In this document: positions 31,296-40,132 of the stretch, piece by piece
Numbering within the stretch: position 1 is the first letter of the stretch
Layout of the letters: each line of letters opens with the position of its first letter
IMG/VR virus record: IMGVR_UViG_3300010885_067605
Strand: one strand, 5' to 3'
From: an uncultured virus (IMG/VR IMGVR_UViG_3300010885_067605)
Lineage: Duplodnaviria > Heunggongvirae > Uroviricota > Caudoviricetes
DNA: 64,000 bases
Made by a program: the position numbers and the translations under genes
The notes under the pieces: generated by a model
What the model was told of the DNA's origin: nothing
What the model saw: the letters and a program-made list of their open reading frames with translations, nothing else
The model's database searches: none

Positions 31296-32863
31296 ATGTC
31301 ATTGTCTAAGTCAATCAAGGACGAAATATATCGATTGTATACGGCTGGTATGTCTATTATAGCTATAAGCGACTTGGTCAAGATAAGTCAACCTACAATA
31401 TCCAAAATACTAAAATCACGCGGTGTAGTAATTAGAAAATGTAATTATCAGGCTAAACTATTAGATACGATAGAGATAAATAAGCTTTATGATGAGGGGT
31501 TGTCCACTTATAGTCTTGCTAAGATGTTTAACGTTAGTAGCGAGACTATAAGAAAGTATATCACTAGGGTCAGGCCACCGTCTTCCGGCCACAATAGTGA
31601 TACTAAGCAGAAGATATCTATAACATCTTTAGCCAATTGGCGACAGGCTGAATATCGCACCAAAGTGGCCGACGGTAAAACAGCAGAATGTCGTCAGAGT
31701 CTTTCAACTTCTGCTAGGAAAAATTACCAGAAGTCACTTGGAGAGTGGATATCTAATCATGATAATCGAAGGGTGATAGCAGAGGCCACCAAAGAACTGT
31801 GGGTTGATCCTGAGTATAGGCGTAAGCAGGAGGTATACTTTCAGGAAAGAGGTGCTAGGCTTACTGCTGCATCGAATATAGCTTTAACCGACCCCGAAAA
31901 AAGGGCTACGTGGATAGAAAAGATAAAACGCAATAACGCGGATAGACTTAATGGTGGTTGGGTTAGCACGACACAGAAGCAATTCTATTACTTGATGGAT
32001 GAGGCTGATATAGTATACTACCCTGAGGGCGATTTAACCAGGATATCTCCTTTTTATGTAGTCGACTGTATCATACCTGTTCAGCAGAATATGAGTAAGC
32101 CATTAATAGTAGAAATAAATGGCGAATATTGGCATTCCTTATCCCATGTTAAGCTAAAAGATAGGCAAAAGGCGACATATATAGAGAACAATACTGAATA
32201 CGATCTCGTAATAATTGAAGAATTAGAAATGCATAATTTTCCAATGGTACAAGGCAAACTCGTCGAATATGGACTAACTCTGAGCGATATCGAGTGCAGT
32301 GTTTCAGATATGATCATCGAGCAGATAACAGAAGAACAAGCCAAGGAATTTTATAGTATATTTCATTATTCTGCTACTGTTAGGAAGGGTGCTATTACTT
32401 ACGGTGCCTTTTATAACCAGAGATTGGTAGGTGTGATCAGCTATACGTTCCCACTACGTAGAACAACTGCCACTAGACTTGGCTACCAATTAAAGGAGGT
32501 GATGGAAATATCTCGTATGGCACGCAGGACTAACTTAACATGTAAAAACTTCTTAAGTTGGTTTATATCCAAGACAATGAAAAAACTACCTACATCGATA
32601 AAATGTATAGTTAGTTTTAGTGACAGCACATATGGTCATACTGGCGGAGTATATAAGGCGGCCAATTTCAAGAACGATGGCGAGATATCTCCAGATTACA
32701 CTTATCTATCGACTACCGGGCAATACCACAAAAAACCATATGGGACAGGGCCAAAAGAATGAAAATGACGGAAAATGACTATGTGGCTAAGCATGGCCTA
32801 ATCAAGACATATGGTGGTCCAAAGACTAGATGGATTTTTCAAGGTAAGGTTAGCAACACATAG
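31296..32863 (+). pseudogene. HTH + DUF559/Vsr-like endonuclease + Mom-like DNA acetyltransferase fusion, frameshifted near the C-terminus
   Basis: YVVDC..LIVEINGEYWH..DRQK nuclease; FHY, EISRM, SWFISK, VSFSD.TYGHTGGVYKAANF Mom motifs; -1 frame after the A6 run at 32730-32735 continues to TAG 32863. Confidence 0.75.
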
Positions 32864-32873
32864 TATTAGCGAG

Positions 32874-33950
32874 ATGGTTTTGCGAACAGTGGTAAGCCCA
32901 GTCGACGGAATCCACTACGCCATACAGGACCACGGCAAAGGAACTAACTTGCCGCACCTTGTCCGCTTACTGGATGGGCCTGGTGTCTCTATCGACATCT
33001 CCCTCGATGGGTCCCAGGAGGATTTGGAGGCGGTTCAGAGTAAATTGGACCAACAGGGGACATACTATAATATAAGTGGTTCGTCCTCTATCTCCTGGGG
33101 AGGTGAAGGAATCCACAAGGGAGTCATAGCAGCAATGGAAAGGGCCATTGATTTACCTAACTGGAAATATTTCATCAATTGCTCGGGCAGTTGCCTTCCC
33201 CTAGGTAACGCAGCCTGGATTCGACATTTACTCGAGGAGCATAATGCACAGGGCAGGTTGGGCTTTTGTAATTCCACTCTGCTCAATGAGCCTATATTGT
33301 GGATCTCACGTCAGATAGAGCCAGAGGTTTTACAGAACTGTTACGAGCTGATTGTCTATGACAGGGTTAACTGGCTTGTGGACCCATATCTAAAAGTAAT
33401 GATAGAGGAGAATAGAATAGATCCGGCCCGCAAGATAGAAATGAGGGCAGCTCTAATGTACGACGAAATAAAAAAGAATATCTTTTGGGTTCGCCCACTA
33501 ACCCTTGAAGAGCTTCGGGAGCGGGCAGTTTTTCTTACCGAGGTGCCTCTTCGTTATGGACGCAACGGGGTAGTACTGCACCGCTCGATAGTTGAATGGC
33601 TACTCGGTTCTAACATTCTCAAAAGAGTGTCACAGTTCGTGAAGGGTTGCTTTTGTGGTGATGAGTTGATTTTTGCGATGGCCTTGTTCAGCGCTGAAAA
33701 TCCTTACCTTAAGTCGATGCATCCGGATAATCTACGCCACTTACAGGGCGGACCACAGTATGTCACCTTGGAGGAGATCCACACTCTACTTAACAATGGC
33801 AATTGTATAATGGCCCGCAAGATAACCTGTGAAGATTACGAAGCAGCAGCTGAACTGGTTCGTGGCTTCTACGGGCACTGGGTGACTGACCATCGCCGTG
33901 GTGGTTACGGCCTGCGACCTGAGGAGCGGATCAACGACTTACTTCTATAG
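32874..33950 (+). CDS. GT14 (core-2/I-branching) beta-1,6-GlcNAc transferase-like protein
   Basis: YAIQDH, ISWGG, WKYFINCSGSCLPL, GDELIF, MARK. Confidence 0.8.
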   Translation: MVLRTVVSPVDGIHYAIQDHGKGTNLPHLVRLLDGPGVSIDISLDGSQEDLEAVQSKLDQQGTYYNISGSSSISWGGEGIHKGVIAAMERAIDLPNWKYFINCSGSCLPLGNAAWIRHLLEEHNAQGRLGFCNSTLLNEPILWISRQIEPEVLQNCYELIVYDRVNWLVDPYLKVMIEENRIDPARKIEMRAALMYDEIKKNIFWVRPLTLEELRERAVFLTEVPLRYGRNGVVLHRSIVEWLLGSNILKRVSQFVKGCFCGDELIFAMALFSAENPYLKSMHPDNLRHLQGGPQYVTLEEIHTLLNNGNCIMARKITCEDYEAAAELVRGFYGHWVTDHRRGGYGLRPEERINDLLL

Positions 33951-34976
33951 GCCAGCTGATATTTTATCTAACATAGTTTGAATATCACTCACTTGATCCT
34001 GCATATCGGTTAATCCTTCTGTACTAGATACTGATCTTACTTGTCCTCGCTCGAGACTGTCTGATAGCTTGTCTAGGTCAGTTTCTACACTATCTATTTG
34101 AGGAGCTAATTTATTCCGCGGATCTTCTTGCTTTTTATTTAGCTGTTGAACATTAGACTTAGTCGTTGGTACGTCAGTCATAGGTTTATTCAATGTGCTA
34201 TCCAGTTCAGCGATAATATTGTTGGCGACCATCGCTGACTCAACTGGAGAAGATGACTTGTTGCCTTGGGTCCATTTTTTGCTAGCTTTACCCTTCTTGC
34301 GAGAGCCAGCGGCGGTACCCCCCATGCCACTACCACTATTGGCTTCGACTTTTTTAGGTTTCGCACTTTTGCCTCTAGTGTCGAATATGTCAGGGAATAG
34401 GGCTGTAGGATCACTACTTAAAGCCGCACATAATCTGGCTGCTAATGCAAGGCTGGGATTCCTATCACCTGATAAGACCCTAGATATCATTGGTGTATCC
34501 ACACCGACTTCCTGTGCTAAGGCACCGAAGTCTTCACCGTAACCGTGATTTTGCATGGCTCGAAACATCGCTTGTCGTTCGTAATTAGTATCTGCTTTGA
34601 ATTTGAATTCTTCAGGCGGTTCGTTATTATCTTCGGCCAACGTCATGCCTATTTGGTTCCAATTACGTAATAATTTAGGTGTTTCTACTTCGTATTGATC
34701 TTCTTTGTTCTCGAAGACTTCCGTGTCTCTACGAGAACTTCCTACAGGGATTAACATGGTATGACCTACATCTGTAACCCAGACCATGTATTCACCGCAC
34801 GGTATAGACAACGCATTCGAAGCTATTTTGGAGATGTTGAGTAGTGCACCTTCTGCTATATAATTCCTAAATTGATTCAATGTGGAAAATTTATTAGTAG
34901 TAACGGTACCTTCGAATAAGCCTGGCTTGATGGCACGATTTAGCTTAGCTCGGATGGACAAAGATTTTTTGCTCAT
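33945..34976 (-). CDS. XRE HTH-containing protein with coiled-coil tail
   Basis: ALAQEVGVDTPMISRVLSGDRNPSLALAARLCAAL. Confidence 0.8.
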   Translation of the reverse strand: MSKKSLSIRAKLNRAIKPGLFEGTVTTNKFSTLNQFRNYIAEGALLNISKIASNALSIPCGEYMVWVTDVGHTMLIPVGSSRRDTEVFENKEDQYEVETPKLLRNWNQIGMTLAEDNNEPPEEFKFKADTNYERQAMFRAMQNHGYGEDFGALAQEVGVDTPMISRVLSGDRNPSLALAARLCAALSSDPTALFPDIFDTRGKSAKPKKVEANSGSGMGGTAAGSRKKGKASKKWTQGNKSSSPVESAMVANNIIAELDSTLNKPMTDVPTTKSNVQQLNKKQEDPRNKLAPQIDSVETDLDKLSDSLERGQVRSVSSTEGLTDMQDQVSDIQTMLDKISAGL

Positions 34977-35061
34977 TGAATAATCCGGGTAAGTTAGGGC
35001 AGTATAATGGTAAATATGGGTATAACATCATACCCATGCGATTTGTTTTATTTTTGCCCGC

Positions 35062-35069
35062 CAAATATA
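35062..35069 (+). promoter_or_regulatory. putative phage late promoter CAAATATA
   Basis: recurs shortly upstream of starts; resembles T4 TATAAATA. Confidence 0.5.
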
Positions 35070-35093
35070 GATTAGAAATGGAGAAATTCTATT

Positions 35094-35546
35094 ATGGCAT
35101 TGAAGCTAAGTGATATTTATTTGCGAGCCGGTAATGTATTATCCGAGGCATCAGAGCCGGATTTTACATCGGCTGTCGCTATAGTTAGACATAATGATAG
35201 GTGGCTATTGGGGTTGGCGAGGAATAGCGGGGATCGGAATGGTAAGTGGTGCCATCCTGGAGGCGGTATGAAGAGCGGTGAAAAACCAGAGAAGGCTGCC
35301 GAAAGAGAATGCTATGAGGAGATGGGTATCAGATGTAAGGCTGATGGTAAGCCTTTTAGAATGAAAGATCATAAAACGGTAGCATTTGTACCATGTAAAT
35401 TATCCAATACTAACTATAAGATAGATATAAACAACGAAAAAGAATTTTCAGGTGCTGGATTCTTCACAATGGCAGAGATCAGGAGTCTAAAACCATTGTA
35501 TAAGAATGTAATCGATTTGATAGACAAGGCTAAGAGAGCAAAATAG
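35094..35546 (+). CDS. NUDIX hydrolase
   Basis: WCHPGGGMKSGEKPEKAAERECYEEMG Nudix box. Confidence 0.95.
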   Translation: MALKLSDIYLRAGNVLSEASEPDFTSAVAIVRHNDRWLLGLARNSGDRNGKWCHPGGGMKSGEKPEKAAERECYEEMGIRCKADGKPFRMKDHKTVAFVPCKLSNTNYKIDINNEKEFSGAGFFTMAEIRSLKPLYKNVIDLIDKAKRAK

Positions 35547-35563
35547 GCGAACAGGAGTATCGT

Positions 35564-35932
35564 ATGATTAAAGAATTAAAAGGGACTGAGTATGCCCTGG
35601 AAATACTTAGGGCATTTAGTGACAACCCAGGAGAGCACGACGCGAAATACGTCGCAGAGTTAGTACAGCGTGGTGGGCGTGTAGACAGCTCTCCGAGCTA
35701 TATAGCTAAAATTTTGCCCAGAATGAGAAAAATCGGACTATTAATATCATCTGATAGGGGCTACCAATTGGCAAAGCCTATAGATGAGATTACAGTAGAA
35801 AACGTATTAGACCTTTGTCCGATGCCAGATAAAGGTAGCCCTTTATATAAGTTATGTGACGAGATTAAAAAGGCAGTATCGCTAACACCAATCGAGGAGT
35901 TCTATGAGTTTGGTAACACCAGCGGTGGGTGA
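35564..35932 (+). CDS. Rrf2 family winged-helix transcription regulator
   Basis: TEYALEIL, SPSYIAKIL, GYQLAKPIDEITV. Confidence 0.85.
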   Translation: MIKELKGTEYALEILRAFSDNPGEHDAKYVAELVQRGGRVDSSPSYIAKILPRMRKIGLLISSDRGYQLAKPIDEITVENVLDLCPMPDKGSPLYKLCDEIKKAVSLTPIEEFYEFGNTSGG

Positions 35933-36224
35933 TAGTTTTTATATTCCATTTTGGGTTTTGCTTGAATATTTGGACACTACTCCTAGCGATCCGTTCATTT
36001 CAGCTAAAATACTAAATATTAAGACGTTAAACGCTACTACTTCTGATGGTCATAAATTAGTGCAATGCTGTGATATAGAATGTTTATCGCATCAAGGACA
36101 AAAAATGAGCTTCACAGTTTGTAATGTTCCAGTCGAATATTTAATACGACCTGATTCGCTAAGAGACTGGGCTGATAAGATATCGAAATGGTTCATTGGT
36201 TACGTCGATAATATTCAATCATGA
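35904..36224 (+). CDS. hypothetical protein
   Basis: 106 aa, overlaps the Rrf2 gene end. Confidence 0.6.
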   Translation: MSLVTPAVGDSFYIPFWVLLEYLDTTPSDPFISAKILNIKTLNATTSDGHKLVQCCDIECLSHQGQKMSFTVCNVPVEYLIRPDSLRDWADKISKWFIGYVDNIQS

Positions 36225-36236
36225 GGTTAGATAATA

Positions 36237-37223
36237 ATGCTACAATCTGGTTTATTACATATAGATACACATAGGCATTTGGGTGGATGTATCCCTCCTT
36301 GGTGGGTTTGGCAAACAATATCTAACAATGGATGGACATACTTAGGTGAATCAGCAGAAGAAATTAGATCTTCTATGACATTCTCCGATAATGAGAATTA
36401 CGATTTTCATAGGTTTTTAGATAAGTTCAAGATATTAGATCAGATAATATGGAACGAAGAATTAATAGATAGTTCTATTGCAGCTATATGCCGTGATATT
36501 AGCGATGAGGGTATAGATTTCTGTTGGTTAGATTTTTCAATAAACAAATATATGCAATCTATGAATTGGCACAAGAAACAGGCTATCCAGTTCATACATG
36601 AAAGATTTAATTCATACTTGCCCGGCAAAATAGGTTTAATATTATCACTTAAATATGAGAGTACACATGCTAGCCAACGGCAATATGCTAAGTTAATAGA
36701 CGACCCAGATGTGGTAGAACTGTTGTTCGGCATAGATTTAGTTGGTGATGAATCTTATTATAATTATCAATTCTATGGACCAATATTTAATGAGTGGAAT
36801 CAAGCGGGTAAGATGACAAGGACTCATGCATCTGAATCTACAGGGTTTTTTAATTGCTATTCTTCTATTCGTGATTTAAAAGTGAAGAATATAGCTCACG
36901 GGATTAATATACACACCAACTATGAGATCATGTCATATGCCAGAGATATGGATGTTACATTCGATTTAGGTGTCACTAGCAATTACCTTACCGGTGTATG
37001 GAATAATAAAATCAATCATCCCATCACAGACATGTTAGGGTTCGGGCTAAAGGTGACAATTGGAACTGATGATCCAGTTCAATGTAGCACTAATTTGCGG
37101 CAAGAATACGATTTGGTAGCCAAATTAGGCGTTACAAATGATCAAGCTATATATATGAAAGGCATAGCAGAGATGAACACTAAAATATATTACCCTGCTT
37201 ATGCCGAAAGCTGGCGTAGGTGA
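36237..37223 (+). CDS. add: adenosine/adenine deaminase
   Basis: DTHRHLGG, GIDLVGDE, THASE, IAHG, TSN, TDDP. Confidence 0.9.
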   Translation: MLQSGLLHIDTHRHLGGCIPPWWVWQTISNNGWTYLGESAEEIRSSMTFSDNENYDFHRFLDKFKILDQIIWNEELIDSSIAAICRDISDEGIDFCWLDFSINKYMQSMNWHKKQAIQFIHERFNSYLPGKIGLILSLKYESTHASQRQYAKLIDDPDVVELLFGIDLVGDESYYNYQFYGPIFNEWNQAGKMTRTHASESTGFFNCYSSIRDLKVKNIAHGINIHTNYEIMSYARDMDVTFDLGVTSNYLTGVWNNKINHPITDMLGFGLKVTIGTDDPVQCSTNLRQEYDLVAKLGVTNDQAIYMKGIAEMNTKIYYPAYAESWRR

Positions 37224-37238
37224 GCAGGTCGTTTAATA

Positions 37239-37445
37239 TCAAGCCTGGGTGTCGGTGTCTCTTCTCAGCGATTTCTCGCCGTGAATCGTGACGAACCAGT
37301 TGTTAACCATCGCCAAGGCTCTCATACCAAAAACGAACCACAATATCCACGGCAGCGCACAGTAGGCAAGCCACGCCGCGACAACCAAGCCGCTGCCCTT
37401 GAACTGTCCACAATCGTAGAGTATTCTCTGCAGCCCATCATTCAT
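37239..37445 (-). CDS. small membrane protein in a GC-rich patch
   Basis: AGGAG RBS, hydrophobic segment, ATGA coupling. Confidence 0.5.
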   Translation of the reverse strand: MNDGLQRILYDCGQFKGSGLVVAAWLAYCALPWILWFVFGMRALAMVNNWFVTIHGEKSLRRDTDTQA

Positions 37446-37737
37446 GGTCTCTCTCCTGCTGTTGGGGCGTGGGACCAACGCCAGATGCGATCTCGATATT
37501 TCTTAACTGAAGTAATAGTGGCATAGACCGATCAGTGTATAGTTTCCCCCAAGTGTTGGTTATATGCTGTATTCTTTCTTCATGTGGCATACTATCTATA
37601 GCTCGACAAGCTACAATGATCTGATCTGTAGTGAGTATATTTGTAGATCGCAAAAGTGTGTCTAGTTTATTACGTATAATAGACCATTCAGGCGTGGTTA
37701 CACACTCTAACTTAGATTTACTAGATTTAGCCATCAT
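37438..37737 (-). CDS. hypothetical protein
   Basis: 99 aa, coupled to upstream gene. Confidence 0.55.
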   Translation of the reverse strand: MMAKSSKSKLECVTTPEWSIIRNKLDTLLRSTNILTTDQIIVACRAIDSMPHEERIQHITNTWGKLYTDRSMPLLLQLRNIEIASGVGPTPQQQERDHE

Positions 37738-38111
37738 ACTACCTGCCTGATAACTGTGACTTGTTTTGCTCCACCAGTAAGTACGATTTGTCCATCTTGT
37801 ATTTCACATGTCTTACGCACTACATCCAGCCATTCTTGTTCAAATAAAATATCAGTGCCTATCTTTCCATCACGGATCGGTATAACATAATGTATACCAC
37901 CTTTGGCCGTGTCGTGTGTCTTATTTAGTTGGTCGAGTAATATCATAACTTGCTGTCTGCTCATTCCTCCCACTTCTACGAAATTAACTGTTCTAATCGG
38001 TGCATTGGCGATCTCTGGGTTAAGATGTTCGATAGGGATCTCTTTTTGTCTCTGGTCTATTACTTGGACTTTGGTGACAGGTTTGTTTTTAGTGATACGT
38101 TGTTGTCTCAT
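37734..38111 (-). CDS. hypothetical protein
   Basis: 125 aa ORF. Confidence 0.7.
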   Translation of the reverse strand: MRQQRITKNKPVTKVQVIDQRQKEIPIEHLNPEIANAPIRTVNFVEVGGMSRQQVMILLDQLNKTHDTAKGGIHYVIPIRDGKIGTDILFEQEWLDVVRKTCEIQDGQIVLTGGAKQVTVIRQVV

Positions 38112-38154
38112 AATCGTTCCGCGTAAATAATACTAGCCAAAGAAGGAGGATTAT

Positions 38155-38508
38155 ATGAAATCATTGTTATTTACTTTTGCAAATTCAGAATCCCGTGCCA
38201 GATTCGTAAAAATCATTAGTGGTCGATTTGGGGGGATCACTGATGATACTCCTATGTTAAACGATCTTCTAGAAGATGATAAATTCATCCAAGAATCCAT
38301 ATCAACTGCTCAAGAAGACCCATGTGTAGTTAGCTCCGAGCATAGGCACTGTAGCGTTTGGGTATCAGGCAAGAATATATCAGAAGGTGATTTCAAGAAG
38401 ATGAATGAACGATTTATGCAAGAGTGTAGTGTCCATTCTGCTTCGGTCGTGTTGAAGGAGTTAAAGTCTAATCAATGGTGCGATATAAGGGCCAGGCGAG
38501 TTCAGTGA
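38155..38508 (+). CDS. hypothetical protein
   Basis: AGGAGG RBS, TAAATA upstream. Confidence 0.7.
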   Translation: MKSLLFTFANSESRARFVKIISGRFGGITDDTPMLNDLLEDDKFIQESISTAQEDPCVVSSEHRHCSVWVSGKNISEGDFKKMNERFMQECSVHSASVVLKELKSNQWCDIRARRVQ

Positions 38509-39278
38509 TGTCAGGCCCAATTCGCTTATCAGATATCATCATTGATAATAATGAGAAGCGGCCGTTAGGAGGGCTAAATCCATACAACCCACACTATGAT
38601 CGCATAGGGCAGCATTTTTGTGACCTGTTAATCGAACATGCTGGATTAAAAAGGGATTCTCGGATATTAGATATAGGTTGTGGTACTGGCAGGCTAGCCA
38701 AACCAATAAGTCAACTGTTGGACACGGGCTCATATGAAGGAATCGACGTCAGTCGGCAATATATAGAGTATTGCCAAGCTCATTTGGCCAAACCTAATAT
38801 CAGATTTAATCATGTAAACATCAAACACGAAGAATATAATCCAACTGGTGTTATAAGTCCAATGGACTTTAAATTACATCATAACGACAATAGTTTTGAT
38901 ATAGTAACTGCTATAGCAGTGTTTAATCATTTTGAAACCAAGTGGGTTTACAAGTATATAACTGAGATGGCCAGGGTGCTTAGGCCAAAAGGCATATTAT
39001 TTGCTACTTACTTGATATTAAATCCGAATTATTTGCATTCATTAGCTAACAATGATGATCAGTCAATGATTTTTGAGTACCGTACACTTGATTCATGGCA
39101 TAAATTCCAAGACAGACCTTTAATCAATGTCGCTATACCAGAATCTGGGCTTAGACAACAATATGTCAAATGCGGGTTGATGATAAAAGAGCCCATTAGA
39201 TACGGAGAATGGTGTGGCTCCCCTGTAGCGTTAACTGGTCATGATGTAGTGATAGCTATCAAAGGACAATGGAGATAA
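38508..39278 (+). CDS. class I SAM-dependent methyltransferase
   Basis: ILDIGCGTGR, YEGID, FDIV..VFNH, RVLRPKG, HDVV. Confidence 0.9.
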   Translation: MSGPIRLSDIIIDNNEKRPLGGLNPYNPHYDRIGQHFCDLLIEHAGLKRDSRILDIGCGTGRLAKPISQLLDTGSYEGIDVSRQYIEYCQAHLAKPNIRFNHVNIKHEEYNPTGVISPMDFKLHHNDNSFDIVTAIAVFNHFETKWVYKYITEMARVLRPKGILFATYLILNPNYLHSLANNDDQSMIFEYRTLDSWHKFQDRPLINVAIPESGLRQQYVKCGLMIKEPIRYGEWCGSPVALTGHDVVIAIKGQWR

Positions 39279-40132
39279 TGATGTTTAAGACTAATTCGAT
39301 AGATTCAGCAAGAAAGTTATTCGATTGTATAGAGAACCCTACGATTGAAATAAGCGGAAAAATAAAGGAAATTCGCCCACTACTAGATACTGAATTTTGG
39401 CCAGATGCTGTGCCGGATGGGCTAATCGTTAAGACCGAGGAACAGGCCAAGTTGAGAGCTAGATCTATCCTGTATGCCTATAATATGGTTGGCATACCCA
39501 ACACGAGTGAATCGATAAGTGATCAGATGTTAGATTATGGATGTGGTGATGGTAATACAGTATTATGTGCTAAAGAAATGGGCATCGATGCATATGGATA
39601 TGATATTAAACCACATTCTAATTGGGGCACAGATAATAACGCATTTACCACCGATTTAGCGAATATAAGAGGTCGTATTTTTAAACACATTTTAATATAT
39701 GACGTATTGGACCACGTGACTAAAGAACAAGCTATCGACATATTAACGAATGTAAAAAAGTCGTGTGATAGTAATACAACTATTTCGCTTAGAGTTCATC
39801 CCTGGTTGTCTAGGCATGGTGCTCATACATATTACAAAATCAATAAGGCATATGCTCATTTATTCTTAAACGAAGAGGAATTAGCAGTAGCGACTAACGA
39901 AAATGTTACTAAGATATACAGGCCAATGCGATATTATGAGGAACTAATAAACACATCAGGCCTGAAGGTAGTTAAATTAGACATTATTAGAAGGCCTATC
40001 GAACCATTTTTTAAGAATGCCATGATATTAGAGAAGATTAAAGAGATCACTGGGTCTACTGGGTCTAGCTCAGACGAGTGGATAGACACAGTATTGTCAA
40101 TGGAGTTTATAGACTATAAATTATCTATATAA
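39269..40132 (+). CDS. class I SAM-dependent methyltransferase (paralog of 57087..58103)
   Basis: LDYGCGDG, YDVLDHV, HPWLSRHGAH. Confidence 0.9.
   Translation: MEIMMFKTNSIDSARKLFDCIENPTIEISGKIKEIRPLLDTEFWPDAVPDGLIVKTEEQAKLRARSILYAYNMVGIPNTSESISDQMLDYGCGDGNTVLCAKEMGIDAYGYDIKPHSNWGTDNNAFTTDLANIRGRIFKHILIYDVLDHVTKEQAIDILTNVKKSCDSNTTISLRVHPWLSRHGAHTYYKINKAYAHLFLNEEELAVATNENVTKIYRPMRYYEELINTSGLKVVKLDIIRRPIEPFFKNAMILEKIKEITGSTGSSSDEWIDTVLSMEFIDYKLSI

Noticed and set aside
32811..32873. Upstream start of the GT14 ORF
   Set aside because: This segment is better explained as the frameshifted C-terminus of the Mom fusion; ATG 32874 is preferred.
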